From: Octopus vulgaris
Taxonomy: Eukaryota
Assembly (NCBI GenBank): GCA_951406725.2
Contig: OX597842.1
Location: 34,224,001 to 34,288,000, forward strand
Length of the DNA: 64,000 nt
Direction of reading: 5' to 3'
Positions 44,028 to 59,532 of the stretch are shown here, in pieces. How positions within the stretch are numbered: the first letter of the stretch is position 1; the number at the start of each line of letters is the position of its first letter. A model generated the notes under the pieces. It was given only the letters and a program-made list of their open reading frames with translations. It ran no database searches and was not told where the DNA came from. A program made the position numbers and the translations under genes.

Positions 44028-44590
44028 AAGTACTGGGGTCGATTCGTCGAAAAGAAAATTCTTCGAGGCGGTGCCCCAGCATGGCCGCAATCTAATGACT
44101 GAAGCAAATAAAAGTTGGAAGATAAAAAGTCTTACTCAGCACCGAAAAACCACCCATTTTGCTTGCTCCTCTTCTTTTCTCCTCTTTCTTCTTTCATTTT
44201 TAACTCTCCTCTTTCCTCGAGGCTATAGAAAGAAGAGTGAGAGAGAGAGAGAGAGAGACAAACAGACAGACAGACAGGGTAGGAAAAGGCGAAATTGCAG
44301 GCGTGAGATCAAGAAAGACTGTTCGGTAATCTACGAGATTTTGACCCAGAGGCAGAAATTATGATGAAGATGCCTTGCGGCTCTGTACGAAATATCGGAC
44401 AAGGTTTTGGTGGGCAAAAAGGAAGAAAATATGACGATGACACTGTTATTGTTTTCAATTAGGGAAGATTCTGTGTGTGTGTGTGTGTGTGCGTGTGTGT
44501 TTGGGTGTGTGTGTGTGTGTGCGTGTGTGTGTGGGTGAGTTTTTTCTTGTCTTCTTGCGCTTTATGCAGCAGTTGCATATACGAGTATAT

Positions 44591-44624
<34 letters not shown>

Positions 44625-44629
44625 GTATG

Positions 44630-44663
<34 letters not shown>

Positions 44664-45135
44664 TGAATGTATGTATGTATGTATGAATGTATGTATGTAT
44701 GAATGTATGTATGTATGAATGTATGTATGTATGTATGTATGTATGTATATATGTATGCATGTATGTATATATGTATGTATGTATGTATATATGTATGTAT
44801 GCATGTATGTATGCATGTATGTATGTATGCATGTATGTATGTATGAATGTATGTATGTATGTATGTATGTATGTATATATGTATGCATGTATGCATGTAT
44901 GTATGCATGTATGTATGTATGTATGTATATATATATATATATGTATGTATGTGCATGTTGATTATGTAAGTGTATGCTTTAACGCGTGTGTGTGGTGTGT
45001 ATTACATTCGTATATACTTGCACACAAGGATACGGACAACATCACGCGTGACCAAGCACGTGATTCCGTGATATGAGACACGGTGCACGAGATTTTGTGA
45101 AGGGCGAATTGAGAATATATGCAAGCACACACAAG

Positions 45136-45180
<45 letters not shown>

Positions 45181-45181
45181 G

Positions 45182-45293
45182 AACATACATATATATATAA
45201 ACATATATATACATATATATACTTCTGTGTATATGCATATTTATAATTATATAAATATAGTTATATTTTCATACAAATCTCTCTAACCTGAGC

Positions 45294-45341
<48 letters not shown>

Positions 45342-45451
45342 CATACATATATATATAAACATATATATACATATATATACTTCTGTGTATATGCATATTT
45401 ATAATTATATAAATATAGTTATATTTTCATACAAATCTCTCTAACCTGAGC

Positions 45452-45460
<9 letters not shown>
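45182..45460. repeat. Near-exact tandem duplication of about 160 bp including (TA)n
   Basis: CTTCTGTGTATATGC..CAAATCTCTCTAACCTGAGCG occurs twice. Confidence 0.9.
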
Positions 45461-45504
<44 letters not shown>

Positions 45505-45510
45505 TGTATA

Positions 45511-45564
<54 letters not shown>

Positions 45565-45758
45565 TGCACAAGGATGAGACTGTCTGTGTTTGTGAACGCT
45601 GCATTGTGAAGGGTTTTCGCGCGCATGCGCTCATGCGTTCATGCATACACGTGCCCGTGTACGCGTGATTGCGTGTGAGTGGGCATGCGCAAATGAGTGT
45701 ATACAGTGATGTACATATCTGAGTGAGCCCTGCGTAGAAACCCATACACACACATAAA

Positions 45759-45808
<50 letters not shown>

Positions 45809-45823
45809 ATATTCTATGTATAC

Positions 45824-45857
<34 letters not shown>

Positions 45858-46342
45858 ATATAATGCTTGTGCATATGCAAACGCATATATTTACATGCAC
45901 ATACAGAAATACACATATAGGCATTCACACGCACACATACGCATGCGCACCACAATTATTCATGCGCACGCGCCAAAAGTTATAGCTTAGGCTTAAATAA
46001 ATACACACAATCACATATATGCACATAAAGATGTATAGATATTGAGACATATATACACATATATATACACATATATATATACATATATATATATACATAT
46101 ATATATATACATATATATATATACATATATATATATACATATATATATATACACATATATATACACACACATATATATATATACATATGTATATACACAT
46201 ATATATATATACATATACATATATACACATATATATATATACATATACATATATACACATATATATATATACATATATACATATATACACATATATAAAT
46301 ATACATATACATATATACACATATATATATATACACACACAT

Positions 46343-46375
<33 letters not shown>

Positions 46376-46431
46376 CACATATATATACACACATATATAT
46401 ATATATATACATATACATACAGATACACACA

Positions 46432-46508
<77 letters not shown>

Positions 46509-46622
46509 GTATGTATGTATGTGTATATATATATATATGTATATATATATATACGCTCACACATATCTACATGGTTAACATTTTGCATGTAAATACACGC
46601 ACATCACTGAAATGTGTATGTC

Positions 46623-46677
<55 letters not shown>

Positions 46678-46823
46678 GTGTGTGTGTTTGTGTGATGGAA
46701 GGATAGATTGCAATCGTATTCCTGTGTATGCACTTGTATGTTCATGTTTGTGTATACGTTGGATTATGTATACTGATGTGTGCGAATGTATGTATATCTA
46801 TCTATCTATAGATAAATAGATAG

Positions 46824-46854
<31 letters not shown>

Positions 46855-46859
46855 GATGC

Positions 46860-46904
<45 letters not shown>

Positions 46905-46917
46905 ATAGATAGATAGA

Positions 46918-47395
46918 TATGTTTCTTTATTGGCCACACAGGGCTGCACACAGTTGGGACAAGTTACAAGGTAGAGCTTTTCTTTTCGGGGAGAAAAAAA
47001 AGATGGCGTAGGTTTTCGATCAAAAGGGATCGTAAAAGGGAAAAAAGAACAAAAAAAAAAAAAAAGAAAAAAAGAAAAAAGGAAAAAAAGGGAAAAGGAC
47101 CAAAAGAAAAGAAAAATAAAAAAAGAAGACAAAAGAGGAAAAAAGGGGAAGAGGAAAAAAAAAAGAACGATCAATAGGGATCGTGTATCAGAGTGTCATG
47201 ATATATGGTGTAAAGGGGAAAGCAAGTAAGGTTTATCCGTGTGAAGAAAAGCCTACGAAAAAGACCACGGTAACCTTGGTCAATATTGTTATATGTTACC
47301 ACATTTGTTTGCAAGTGGGTAACCCTCTGTTTTCAATTTCTGGGTTCATAGGATTATGCTCAAGGTGGCTTCGTCATTCACACGTGCCATTCTAT
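46918..47395 (-). mobile_element. LINE 3' end (possibly L1/Tx1 clade) inside (GATA)n
   Basis: Possible ORF end RMARVNDEATLSIIL*, a long pyrimidine-rich UTR, and terminal AATAAAGAAACA; homologous to 62065-62386. Confidence 0.6.
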
Positions 47396-47408
47396 AGATA
47401 GATAGATA

Positions 47409-47873
47409 CAGGCCACGGTGTATGAATTTTCCTCTGAATTATTCAAAAATGGAAATGATACTGACATCACATTTTAACAGATTTTTTTTAGTAAAGTTGC
47501 ATAAAAATATCTTGAAATACTAAAGAGTAAATTTATTCAATAAAATCGCCATTGGCTTTAATCGTGGTCTCCAGATGACTTCGGAATCTCCTGTAATTCT
47601 TCTAGACGGTCTCCTTGTTTAAGTTGATGAATTCTGCCATAATCCTTGCCTTCAGTTCATCTTTGGTGTTACAAGGAGTTTTGTTGGTCTCTCGCTCAAC
47701 TGATTATCCTACACATGATAATCAAGGAGTTTGCAGTCTGGGGAGTTAGGTGGCCAGAAGTTAGAGGGGATGTGGTCGCAGAAATTGTCTGACAGCCATG
47801 ACTCGCTTCTCTTGCTTGTGTGGCCTGGTGCAGAGTCCTGTTGCCAGACATAGGGTCTTCTGGCAGCCACCTT
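47409..47873 (-). mobile_element. maT (DD37D) transposase C-terminal relic with right end
   Basis: WQQDSAPGH..WPPNSPDCKLLDY with 37 residues between the Ds (counted); TA-CAGG terminus at 47407-47412. Confidence 0.85.
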
Positions 47874-47907
47874 CTATATATATATTATATATATTTATTC
47901 TCTGGTA

Positions 47908-48295
47908 GAGGCGCAATGGCCCAGTGGTTAGGGCAGCGGGCTCGCGGTCATAGGATCGCGGTTTCGATTCCTAGACCGGACGTTGTGAGTGTTTATTGAG
48001 CGAAAACATCTAAAAGCTCCACGAGGCTCCGGCAGGGGATGGTGCTGATCCCTGCTGTACTCTTTCACCACAACTTTCTCTCACTCTTACTTCCTGTTTC
48101 TGTTGTACCTGTATTTCAAAGGGCTGGCCTTGTCACTCTCTGTGTCACGCTGAATATCCCCGAGAACTACGTTAAGGGTACACGTGTCTGTGGAGTGCTC
48201 AGCCACTTACACGCTAATTTCACGAGCAGGCTGTTCCGTTGATTCGGATCAACCGGAACCGTCGTCGTCGTAACCGACGGAATGCTTCCATCCAT
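47908..48295 (+). mobile_element. SINE-C, full length (tRNA-derived)
   Basis: A-box TGGCCCAGTGG and B-box GTTTCGATTCC; tail shared with 1733-1896 and 59720-59866. Confidence 0.85.
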
Positions 48296-48304
48296 GATTG
48301 ATTC

Positions 48305-48660
48305 TCTTTTTTCTTTTACTTGTTTCAGTCATTTCACTGCGGCCATGCTGGAGCACCGCCTTTAGTCGAGAAAATCGACCCCACGATTTATTCTTTGTAA
48401 GCCTAGTACGTATTCTATCGGTCTCTTTCCCTGAACCGCTAAGTTACGGGGACTAAACACACCACCATCGGTTGTCAAGCGATGTTGTGGAGACAGACAC
48501 AGACACACAAACATATACACACACATACATATGCACATATATACGACGGGCTTCCTTCAGTTTCCGTCTACCAAATCCAATCACAAAGCTTTGGTCGACC
48601 CGAGACTATAGTAGAAGACACTTGCCCAAGGTACCACGCAGTGGGAAGGAACCCGGAACC
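48305..48660 (-). mobile_element. SINE-A, 5'-truncated
   Basis: Similarity to the full copies. Confidence 0.9.
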
Positions 48661-48713
<53 letters not shown>

Positions 48714-49318
48714 CAAACATATATATATATATATACATATATACATACATACATACACATATACACACATACCTTGTACATGCATACATGAATAGGTAAC
48801 ACAAATACATGCACATATGCATACACATATACATACCCACATATATAAATAAATGAATACATATATATATATGCTCAAATGAATGCATACACACACATAT
48901 ACATGCATATATACATACATAAATAAATGCAAACACAGATATACATGTACATACACACACGTCAACGCTCTCTCTCTCTCTCTGTCTCTACACACACGCA
49001 CACACACACACGCACACACACACACACACGCACACACACGCACACGCACACACACAACAAGCCCTTACAAACATACACCCACACCAGTTAACCATCTTGC
49101 TTATATATATGTATATGTGTGTGTGTGTGCGTGTTTGTGTATTATGTGTGTATATATGTGTATACATATATATGTATGTATATATATGTGTGTATGCATA
49201 TATATACGTATGTATGTATGTACATATATATATATATATATATATATACAAATATATATATGTATATATATGTATGTATATATATATATGTATATGTATA
49301 TTTATGTGTGTATGTACG

Positions 49319-49364
<46 letters not shown>

Positions 49365-50764
49365 CAGACATACACTATAACAACATCATTATATACGCAG
49401 CATCATTAAATATATACACCCCATACGAATATACAAAATTTTCTTACTCACACACCATCTACACACACAAACGCATACACATACACTAACGTAAGATATA
49501 TTCATCTTTTTTCAGATACACACGCACACATACGACATTTCTCTTCATACACACACACATTATCATCCTATACACTCACAAACATACACATACACACACA
49601 TATATATTATTTCCTTTTTACAGACACACATCAGCTCCGTATACGTACACATAGAGAGGCACACGCGCACACATAGACACACACACACATACATACATAC
49701 ATACTACACACATGCATATATACACAAACACTCACGAAACCGCCCGACCACCCCCACCACCCTATCAACCACTCAAAACAGAAAAACCACGTTCTTTCTA
49801 TACTTCTCTACATCCAGTGCGAACCGAACGGATTGATTTGAAGAAAAATTTCGGCCAAGAAAGAGAAAAGGGAACAAGCCAAGCCTGAGGGGTCAACTGT
49901 ATGTCCAGTGGAGCATGTGACCCTTGATATTTTCACCTTCATGAAAGGTCGACGACGAATTGTAATGAGAAACACTAATTGGTCTGCGATTGTTCTTCGT
50001 CTAGTTGCTTGGTTGTTGCCTCAGACAGTCTCCTTGTAATAAAACCCTGCTTCCTTACCATCCCGCTCACCTGCTTGCCCGTCTCTTTGTCCGTCTCTCT
50101 TCTGTCACACTACCTGTCTGTCTATCTAATTTTATGAATCTATCTATTTATCTATCTAGCTATCAATTTATCTGTCTCTCTATCTAGCTCTCTCTCTTTT
50201 CGTTTCTCTCACTCTATTTCTCTCTCCACCTCTCTCTCTCTCTCTCTTTAGCTTTCTCTCTCTCTCTCCCTCTCTCTCTCTCTCTGTTCTATCTATCTAC
50301 CTATTTACCCGTTTCTCTAATCATCTATCTATCTATCAATCTTCCTGCCTATCTGTCTCTATCTATCTATCTACCTATTCAACTGTTTCTTTAACCATCG
50401 GTCTATCTCTCTATCTATCTATTTGTCTATCTCTCTATCAATCTCTCTATCTATCTATCTATCTATCTATCTATTTATCTATCTACTATCCATCTATCTA
50501 TCTATCTCTCTTTCTATCTATCGCTCTCTCTTTCTCTCTCTCTATCTATCTATCTATCTATTTATCTATCTACTATCGATCTATCTATCTATCTCTCTTT
50601 CTATCTATTGCTCTCTCTTTCTCTCTCTCTATCTATCTATCTAACTGTCTATTTGACTTGATGGAGCAATACCACCATCACCACTTTTACTACTACAACT
50701 GCTACAACAACAACTACTACTACTTACAACTACTACTACAACTAGTAGTAGTAGATGGAAGTTG

Positions 50765-50834
50765 TAAACACACCAACATCGGTTGTCAAGCGACAGTGGG
50801 GGACAAACAGACACATAAACACACACACACACAC

Positions 50835-50917
<83 letters not shown>

Positions 50918-51096
50918 TGTGTGTGTTTGTATGTATGTATGTATGTATGTATGTATTTACGAGAGGCTTCTTTCAGTTTCCGTCTACCAAATCCACTCAC
51001 ATGGCTTTGGTCGGCCCGAGGCTATAATAGAAGACACGCAGTGGGACTGAAACCGAAACCATGTGGTTAGTAAGTAAGCTACTTACCACTCAGCCA
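50765..51096 (-). mobile_element. SINE-A, partial
   Basis: Similarity to the full copies. Confidence 0.88.
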
Positions 51097-51274
51097 TATC
51101 ACGGAATGTTGTCAGTGAACAGGTCATGGTTTCAAAGCGACGAAAATATTTTGACAAATTAAATGTAAATGTTGAAGTGAATCTAACGGTTTTTTGTGCG
51201 TTGTTAAATGGTTTATAAACACCTTCCCCGCTGAAACGATCTCAGACCAAGTCACTTGCTATGCAAGTACATCT

Positions 51275-51335
<61 letters not shown>

Positions 51336-51789
51336 ATTGTGTCTTTGTTGTATATTTATTGAAGTTAGTGTTTAACCATGCCTATATATTGATTGATTCA
51401 AATAATGTGGTTATTGTGCTTTTATATGACACTACGGAAGACGGTAGGGATTATAATTTTTGCATGACTTAGGAGACGCTGTTTAGTTAAGTATTTAAGA
51501 GTGATTATAATTTACTTATGGAATTTATTTATCGATACGGTTGTGCATTGGATAAATGTGCTTGAAATTTGTGGGTTCTTTGGCTTGTTTGTTCCCAAAC
51601 AATGCTTATTTTAACACCGCCGTATTGAATGGTACTGCCCAGGTGTCGAAACCATAATGATATCCGTGTGGCAGCTGATGATGGAAGTATGTTGGATTGT
51701 TAGTATCGCTGTTTTTGTATATTCGGATTTGTATTATTGAACTGTTGGCATGGCTGTGGAATAGTATTATAGCACATCTTTTTGATATA

Positions 51790-52085
51790 TTGTTGGCATC
51801 CTTTTGTCCTCTCCAGTTTTGCGCAGGCCTGGGCTAGATGTAAGAAAATCCTGGGTAGCCCAATCATCAGGATTCCTCTCTTGACCTTGCTGACGTAGTC
51901 CAAAGGAGTGCAGAGCATTATGTTTGGCACCAGCTTGGTTGCAGGAGCTCCGTGACGAGTGTCGAGTCGAACACTAAACCACCTACGGGGCTCCACTCCG
52001 AATGTCTTTGAAGGTTGTCTCCTTTCCGCAACCCGGGATAGGGGTCCATACTGGGTACTGTCAACTGCAGCCAGCTGAGCCATTT
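51790..52085 (-). mobile_element. Putative short RTE-derived element
   Basis: CCAAAGGAGTGCAGAGC..TTTGGCACCAGCTTGG..CTCCACTCCG resembles the antisense of RTE 5' UTRs; the minus strand ends AAGGATGCCAA like RTE 3' ends (from memory). Confidence 0.5.
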
Positions 52086-52104
52086 CAATATATATATATA
52101 TATA

Positions 52105-52315
52105 TATATTTCTTTATTGCTCACAAGGGGCTAAACATAGAGGGAACAAACAAGGACAGAGAAAGGGATTAAGTCGATTACAGTGCGAAACTAGTACTTT
52201 ATTTATCGATCCCGAAAGGATGAAAGCCAAAGTCGGAATTCGAACTCAGACGTAACGACAGACGAAATACCGCTAAGCATTTCGCCCGGTGCGCTAACGT
52301 TTCTGCCAGCTCGCC
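52105..52315 (-). mobile_element. SINE-B, full length with deletions
   Basis: Matches 19865-20065 in reverse complement. Confidence 0.88.
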
Positions 52316-52461
52316 ATACATATATGTATGTAGTTAGGTATATATGTATGTATTTATGTATGTATGCATGTATGTATAGAAAGATAGACAGATAGATACC
52401 TGACGAGATAAGTTCATCATAGGTACAAAAGAAAGTTGCATGGAGTTGAGTCAACGTCTTT

Positions 52462-52494
<33 letters not shown>

Positions 52495-52495
<1 letters not shown>

Positions 52496-52741
52496 AAAGA
52501 AGCCTGTCGTATATATGTATATATATGTATGTGTGTGTGTCTGTGTTTGTTCCCTTCGCATTGCTTGACAACTGATGCTGGTGTGTTTACGTCCCCGTCA
52601 CTTAGCGGTTCGGCAAAAAGAGCCCGATAGAAGAAGTACTGGGCTTACAAAAGAATAAGTCCCAGGGTCGATTTGCTCGACTAAAGGCGGTGCTCCAGCA
52701 TGGCCACAGTCAAATGACTGAAACAAGTTAAAGAGTAAAGA

Positions 52742-52745
<4 letters not shown>
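52495..52745 (+). mobile_element. SINE-A 3' part
   Basis: Similarity to the full copies. Confidence 0.9.
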
Positions 52746-52778
<33 letters not shown>

Positions 52779-52786
52779 TACATACA

Positions 52787-52848
<62 letters not shown>

Positions 52849-53235
52849 CATACATGCATATGTAAACATACATACATACATACATTCATACATATGCATA
52901 CATGCATACATATGTGTGTGTGTGTATATATATATAGATATAATTCGACTGCGGTTTAGACATACAATAAAAACACAAGCTCATAAGTATATACATTGAA
53001 ACATATATACATATATAAACACCCGCACATAAATATAAGTATACACACATTCATTTCTATACATATATTTATATATGTATATATTCATGCACATGACCGT
53101 ACATAATTATATACATACATATGTTCCTGTGTGATTATGATATGCATAAATAACGAGTATATATACTGCATGGGTTGATCTATGACTCCTGGTATTAGAT
53201 TTAATTATGAACATATATACACACATACATACACA

Positions 53236-53299
<64 letters not shown>

Positions 53300-53556
53300 T
53301 ACGTATGTGTCTATTAAATAATACACACATACACAAACACACACAACCCTAGAGAGAGAGAGAGAGAGAGAGAGAGAGTAAGAGAGGGGCTACAGATGGA
53401 GAAGGGCATGTCCCGTCCCTGCCTGCCTGCCGCTCAGCCGGGCGGGCGGGCGGGCGGTGAGGTTTGGTGAGGAGCGGTGGGGGTCGGTCTGTCTCTTAAC
53501 AAACCAATTAACAGCCGTACCTTTGGGAAGAAGCAAGTCGGAAGAGGAAATGTACC

Positions 53557-53592
<36 letters not shown>

Positions 53593-53691
53593 TTGAAAAG
53601 CAAAAATACGTGTGTATAAATATATATATATATATATATACACACACACGTTAGGTCGTATATATTACATCCATATATACACATAAATTAT

Positions 53692-53747
<56 letters not shown>

Positions 53748-54048
53748 TATATGTATGTATATATATCGAGAGAAGCATACATATATATACATACACACAT
53801 ATATATACAAATATTATACGTGTATCTATATATATGTATATATATATACATTTACATAGCACTATATCTATGTATTGGATGTATATATATATACATATAT
53901 ATGTATACATGTACATGTACATATATATATATATACATTATACATATATATGTAAAAAATATACCTACACATACATATTTATCTATATATATATGTATCT
54001 ATATTATGTATATATATATCTCTATGTGTATTTGTATGTTTGTTTGTG

Positions 54049-54126
<78 letters not shown>

Positions 54127-54194
54127 ATGTGTGTGTATATATATATATGACCATTCCGAAATATAACAATATATATATATATATATTATATATA

Positions 54195-54244
<50 letters not shown>

Positions 54245-54249
54245 GTATG

Positions 54250-54314
<65 letters not shown>

Positions 54315-55021
54315 TCATACTTAAACAGTCATATATAGAAGAAAGATCGTGGGACCGATGGTGGTGTCGGTGGCGGTGAGCACTTGGGTAGATAAGAGGT
54401 GTCGTGACGGTGGTGGTCGGCGGGGTGGTAGGAATCGAAGGGTGGTGTCGCAGAAAAGGATGTGGCGTTTTAGGGGGGAGCGTCTGTGTGCTGCGGGATG
54501 TGGACGGTGGCGGGTACTCGCTTAGGGATTTTTTTGAGGGTGAGAGTGAAGTGAGTAGCGGAGGGAATGAGGAAAAGAGAGAAAAAGAGGTTTAGGGGTG
54601 AGGAAATAGGGAGGGAAGGCAGAGCGGGAAGGGGAAGGGGTTCGTTCTCGGTGATTAATCCAACGTGTTCAATGAAGCGAAACGAACTGAGTGTAACCCT
54701 TAACAGCGAGAAGCAGAAAGAAGGGGAGAGAGGTGGGAGGCAAAGAGAGAGAGAGGTGGTAGAGGGATGGGGGACCCCGCGATTAGATATTTTAATGGGG
54801 CACGAATCTAAACAGTGAAGTAGTGGGATGGATGTGTTGGTGGTGGTGGTGGTGGTGGTGGTGTTAGTGGTGGTGGTGGTTGTTAACAGTGGATTGCGGT
54901 GGGGAGTTGGTGCCGTGGAGGGTGTAAGAACGGGGGCGAAAAATACCGTAGCTATCTGTCGGTTTATAAACTGGATTTATTTAATAAGGGACACACAGTC
55001 ACATACGTGTATGTGCATGTG

Positions 55022-55078
<57 letters not shown>

Positions 55079-55378
55079 TATATAGATCTTTTCGTGAGTA
55101 CGCTCCCATACATGTGGGTATATGTGATATATAAAATTTGATAAATGATATATTTAGTTAAGAGACCTGTGGTTATACAATACAAATAAACCGTATGATG
55201 TGAGTGTGTGTATGTGTGTGTGTGTGTATGTGTGTGTACACGTGTATGTGTGTGTACACGTGTATGCGTGCGTGTGCCTGTGAATTTCTATGCGCCCATA
55301 TGTAATTATATACCTGAATAATAATGACATGTATGTATGTAAATGTGTGTATATATACATATATATACATATACACAC

Positions 55379-55412
<34 letters not shown>

Positions 55413-55771
55413 GTAAATGTGTGTATATATGTATATACAAATATGCGTGCACGCGTACAGGCACACACACACAATCACATACCTAGACACGCATACACTT
55501 AGATATGTAATATATATAGATATAGATATATAGATATAGGTATGTATACACATATATACACACATATATATATACATATATATACATATACAGGCATAAA
55601 TGCTTGTTAACGCCTTACGTTGTGTAAAAGATAATTAAGAACATATGACTATAAAAAAGATGATATAAATGTATATATATATATATTATATGCTTATATA
55701 TATACATATATATATATATACATATATACATATATGTATATATGCATATCTATATCTATATATATATATAC

Positions 55772-55876
<105 letters not shown>

Positions 55877-56327
55877 ATATATATATACGTATATATATGA
55901 ACCTGTGTTAATGGTGGTAATAAGCTTTTACAGAAATCTGTTGTATTCGGTTTCAATCCTGTACGATGGCGATTTTTCTCTTTCGAATTATCTCATTTGA
56001 GAATGGCATGAACACCACGCCATCACTTTGACATGTTGTGTGCCTGTGTGTGTGTATGTGTATGTGTGTGTGTGCGTGTGGTTAAATAGTTCGCTTCCCT
56101 ACCATATGCTCATGTGTTCATGTCCCACTTCGCGTGGGCCCTTCTACAATAAGCTTCGGGCCGACAACTCCCAAGGAAACTGTGCTGAATCTTGTCTTAT
56201 ACATGTGTTAATGATGTGTGTGTGTGTCTTGGGCATGGGGGTGTTTGGTATAAATCTATGGTTTTCACACACATATAAGACGGGATTCATTTCAGTTTCC
56301 TTTGGGATTGGTCAGACAAAGCTATTG

Positions 56328-56600
56328 TAGGGTGTATCTTTATAATCATTAAAACTTATTTAAATCCGAAATTATACATTCATATTATTTATTAATTGTT
56401 ATAATGTTAATATTTGATATTTAATAGACATACGCAGGAGTGACTGTGTGGTATGTAGCTTGCTAACCAACCACATGGTTCCGGGTTTAGTCCCACCGCG
56501 TGGCATCTTGGGCAAGTGTCTTCTGCTAGAGCCCCGGGCCGACCAATGCCTTGTGAGTGGATTTGGTAGACGGAAACTGAAAGAAGCCTGTCGTATAAAT

Positions 56601-56633
<33 letters not shown>

Positions 56634-57525
56634 AGTTTGTGTGTCTGTGTTTGTCCCCCTAGCATTGATTGACAACCGATGCTGGTGTGTTTACGTTCCC
56701 GTAACTTAGCGGTTCGGCAAAAGAGACCGATAGAATAAGTACTGGGCTTACAAAAAATAAGTCCCGGGGTCGATTTGCTCGACTAAAGGCGGTGCTCCAG
56801 CATGGCCGCAGTCAAATGACTGAAACAAGTAAAAGAGTAAAAGAGTATGCCCTTTGGGTTTTTCAGTGCAAGGACCCTATTAGGGGTGCTAATGATCAGT
56901 TGACGAATATTCTCCTGAGGAATTTCTTGCCAAGTTTCATACTGTAATTTCAAAATAGCTGGCTTTGAAGATGTTTTCTTGTGTTTCTTTATGAAGTGTC
57001 CTGTCCATTATGCCCCATAGGTGTTCAATAGGGTCCATATCTATTGACTGGTTTGGCCACAGAAGCTTTTTAATGCCAACCTCATCCGACAATTCTTGGG
57101 TCATTTTAGCCGTGTGACAAGGAGCCCCATCTTCCATAAATAAAGAGTTTCCTTTAATCATTTCACCATTTGAGAAGACTAGAAGGAATCCTTTCTGCAA
57201 TATGGACATATGTTTATCTGACTTTATGTTTCCCTCACACTCCACCAGCTCTGCTTGACCATTACTCCAAATTGCTCCCGAGAATAGCTGCCATATTTCA
57301 TTGTTGGCTGCAGTCTTTTCACATCAAATTCTTGATCACAGAGTCTCCAGACCCACCTTCGACCACTGTCAGGAAATACAGCAAATCTGGACTCCTCTAA
57401 GAATATGGCAGTGTCCCAAAATGCTAGTGACCTCTCCGCCATCTCACAGGCACAATATTTTTTCCGCTTGATGTTGGCCGGTCGAAGAAATGGCTTCCTT
57501 CTTGCTGCTCTGCCCTTTTAACCAA
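56328..57525 (-). mobile_element. Tc1-family (DD34E) transposase pseudogene, interrupted by SINE-A
   Basis: GRAARRKPFL..FLEESRF..EDGAPCH..WPNQSIDMDPIEHLW with 34 residues between D and E; frameshifted; the C-terminus resumes after the SINE. Confidence 0.88.
56433..56846 (+). mobile_element. SINE-A, full length
   Basis: Complete from head to the (AAAAGAGT)n tail. Confidence 0.93.
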
Positions 57526-57622
57526 GTATATAGGGAGAGTTTACGAAACAAAACAAAGACGAAGACAGGTGGTGTACAAAACAAACAGATGTATTAGTAT
57601 AACGCTCAGGAATAGAAAAAGT

Positions 57623-57658
57623 CTTTTACGTTTCGAGTCTACGCTCTTCTACAGAAAG
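57623..57658 (-). ncRNA. Minimal hammerhead variant (CUGUAGA core) in an element of about 170 bp (57530-57700)
   Basis: Minus strand: CTTT-CTGTAGA-A-GAG(CGTAGA)CTC-GAAA-CG-TA-AAAG; same architecture as 30294-30329. Confidence 0.65.
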
Positions 57659-57859
57659 GGACACAGAAAACAAGGAGAGAGAGAAATGTGTGTAGTGGCT
57701 CTATTTATATATCTATCGATCGATCTATATATCTGTCTATTTATCTATTTATCTATCTATCCATCTGTCTATCGATCTCTCTATCTATCTAGCCATCTAA
57801 CTATCTATTCATCTATCCATCTATTTATCTCTTTATCTATCTATTTATATATCTATCTG

Positions 57860-57942
<83 letters not shown>

Positions 57943-58104
57943 GTCTGTCTGTCTGTCAAGCTAGCTAGAGAGTTCTCTATTTTACTATCTATCAATCAAT
58001 CTATCTGTCTACTTATCTATCTATCTATCTATTTATCCATCCATATCTCTATCTACATATCTATCTATCCACCTTTTGCTCAATATTCCCATTCTCTCCT
58101 TCAC

Positions 58105-58188
<84 letters not shown>

Positions 58189-58225
58189 CCTACCTATCTA
58201 TCTATCTACCTACCTATCTATCTAC

Positions 58226-58272
<47 letters not shown>

Positions 58273-58757
58273 CCTATCTATCTATCTACCTATCTATCTA
58301 CCTTCCTATCTATCTATCTATCTGTTCCTCTCCATCTATCAATATCTCTATCAATCCCCACAGCTCTATCTGTTTCTTCCTTTCTTTCTCTCTTTCTCTG
58401 TGTGTCTCTACTTCTACCTCTATCTCTCTGTCTCGCTCGCTCTCGATTCTTCCTTCCTACCATCTGACCTCTACAAAACAACCATCGCAACACTATGTCA
58501 ATTCGTTCTTCGCTGCAACAGGCACCAGTAGACCATTCGTTAAGATCTAATACCCAAACATTGACGAAGAGCCGCTCTCATTCGACTCCTACTCAACTAA
58601 GTGGTGCGCAAGACTGCCCCAAGATGGCGAACCGGTGTCGTCTGCGTGAAAAAAAAAATGAAAAGAAAAACAAAATGGAAGTATTCAACAAAAACCAACA
58701 AAAGAAAATGGAAGAAGTTTTAGCGATCGTTTTAGACACACCGAAACATTACGATAG

Positions 58758-58794
<37 letters not shown>

Positions 58795-59368
58795 CTCTGT
58801 CTGTTTCTGTGGGTTTGTGTGTGCATTTATGGGTGTGCGTGCGTGCGTGCGCGCGTGCATGAGCGATTATATGTATGTATGTACAATTATATACACTCAT
58901 AGATTTTGTACATGATTCGTGTATATATATACACATATACATACATATATATAACATATATATATATACTTGTATATATATATATATGTATGTATATATA
59001 TATATATATATATATACACTTGTATATATATATATGCATATATATATATACATGTATACACATACATATATATACATATAAATATGTATATGTATATATA
59101 TATATGCATATATATTTACATATATATACACATTTCTATATTGTTTTCGTATTTTCTATTATTTCTACACTATATACATGCGTATATGTATATACATACA
59201 CGCATATACACTCACACACACACATACACACACATATGTATATATATGCATGCATGTATGTATAATCTGTGTTTATATAAGAATGAAGTTGCTAGTCAGG
59301 GTGTTCCTCTTAACTTCTAAAAATATCAACTAAAGATTACGAAGTATATTTGTGTATACGCGTGCGTG

Positions 59369-59444
<76 letters not shown>

Positions 59445-59532
59445 AAACACACGCATACATATATATATAGAGAGAGAGAGAGAGCGAGAGAGAGAAAGTA
59501 TGTACATATATATGAATGTATGTATTTTGTTT

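Noticed and set aside
47908-47985. tRNA-like sequences (also 37975-38050 and 59533-59600)
   Set aside because: The acceptor stems do not close and each continues into a SINE body, so they are SINE heads rather than tRNA genes.
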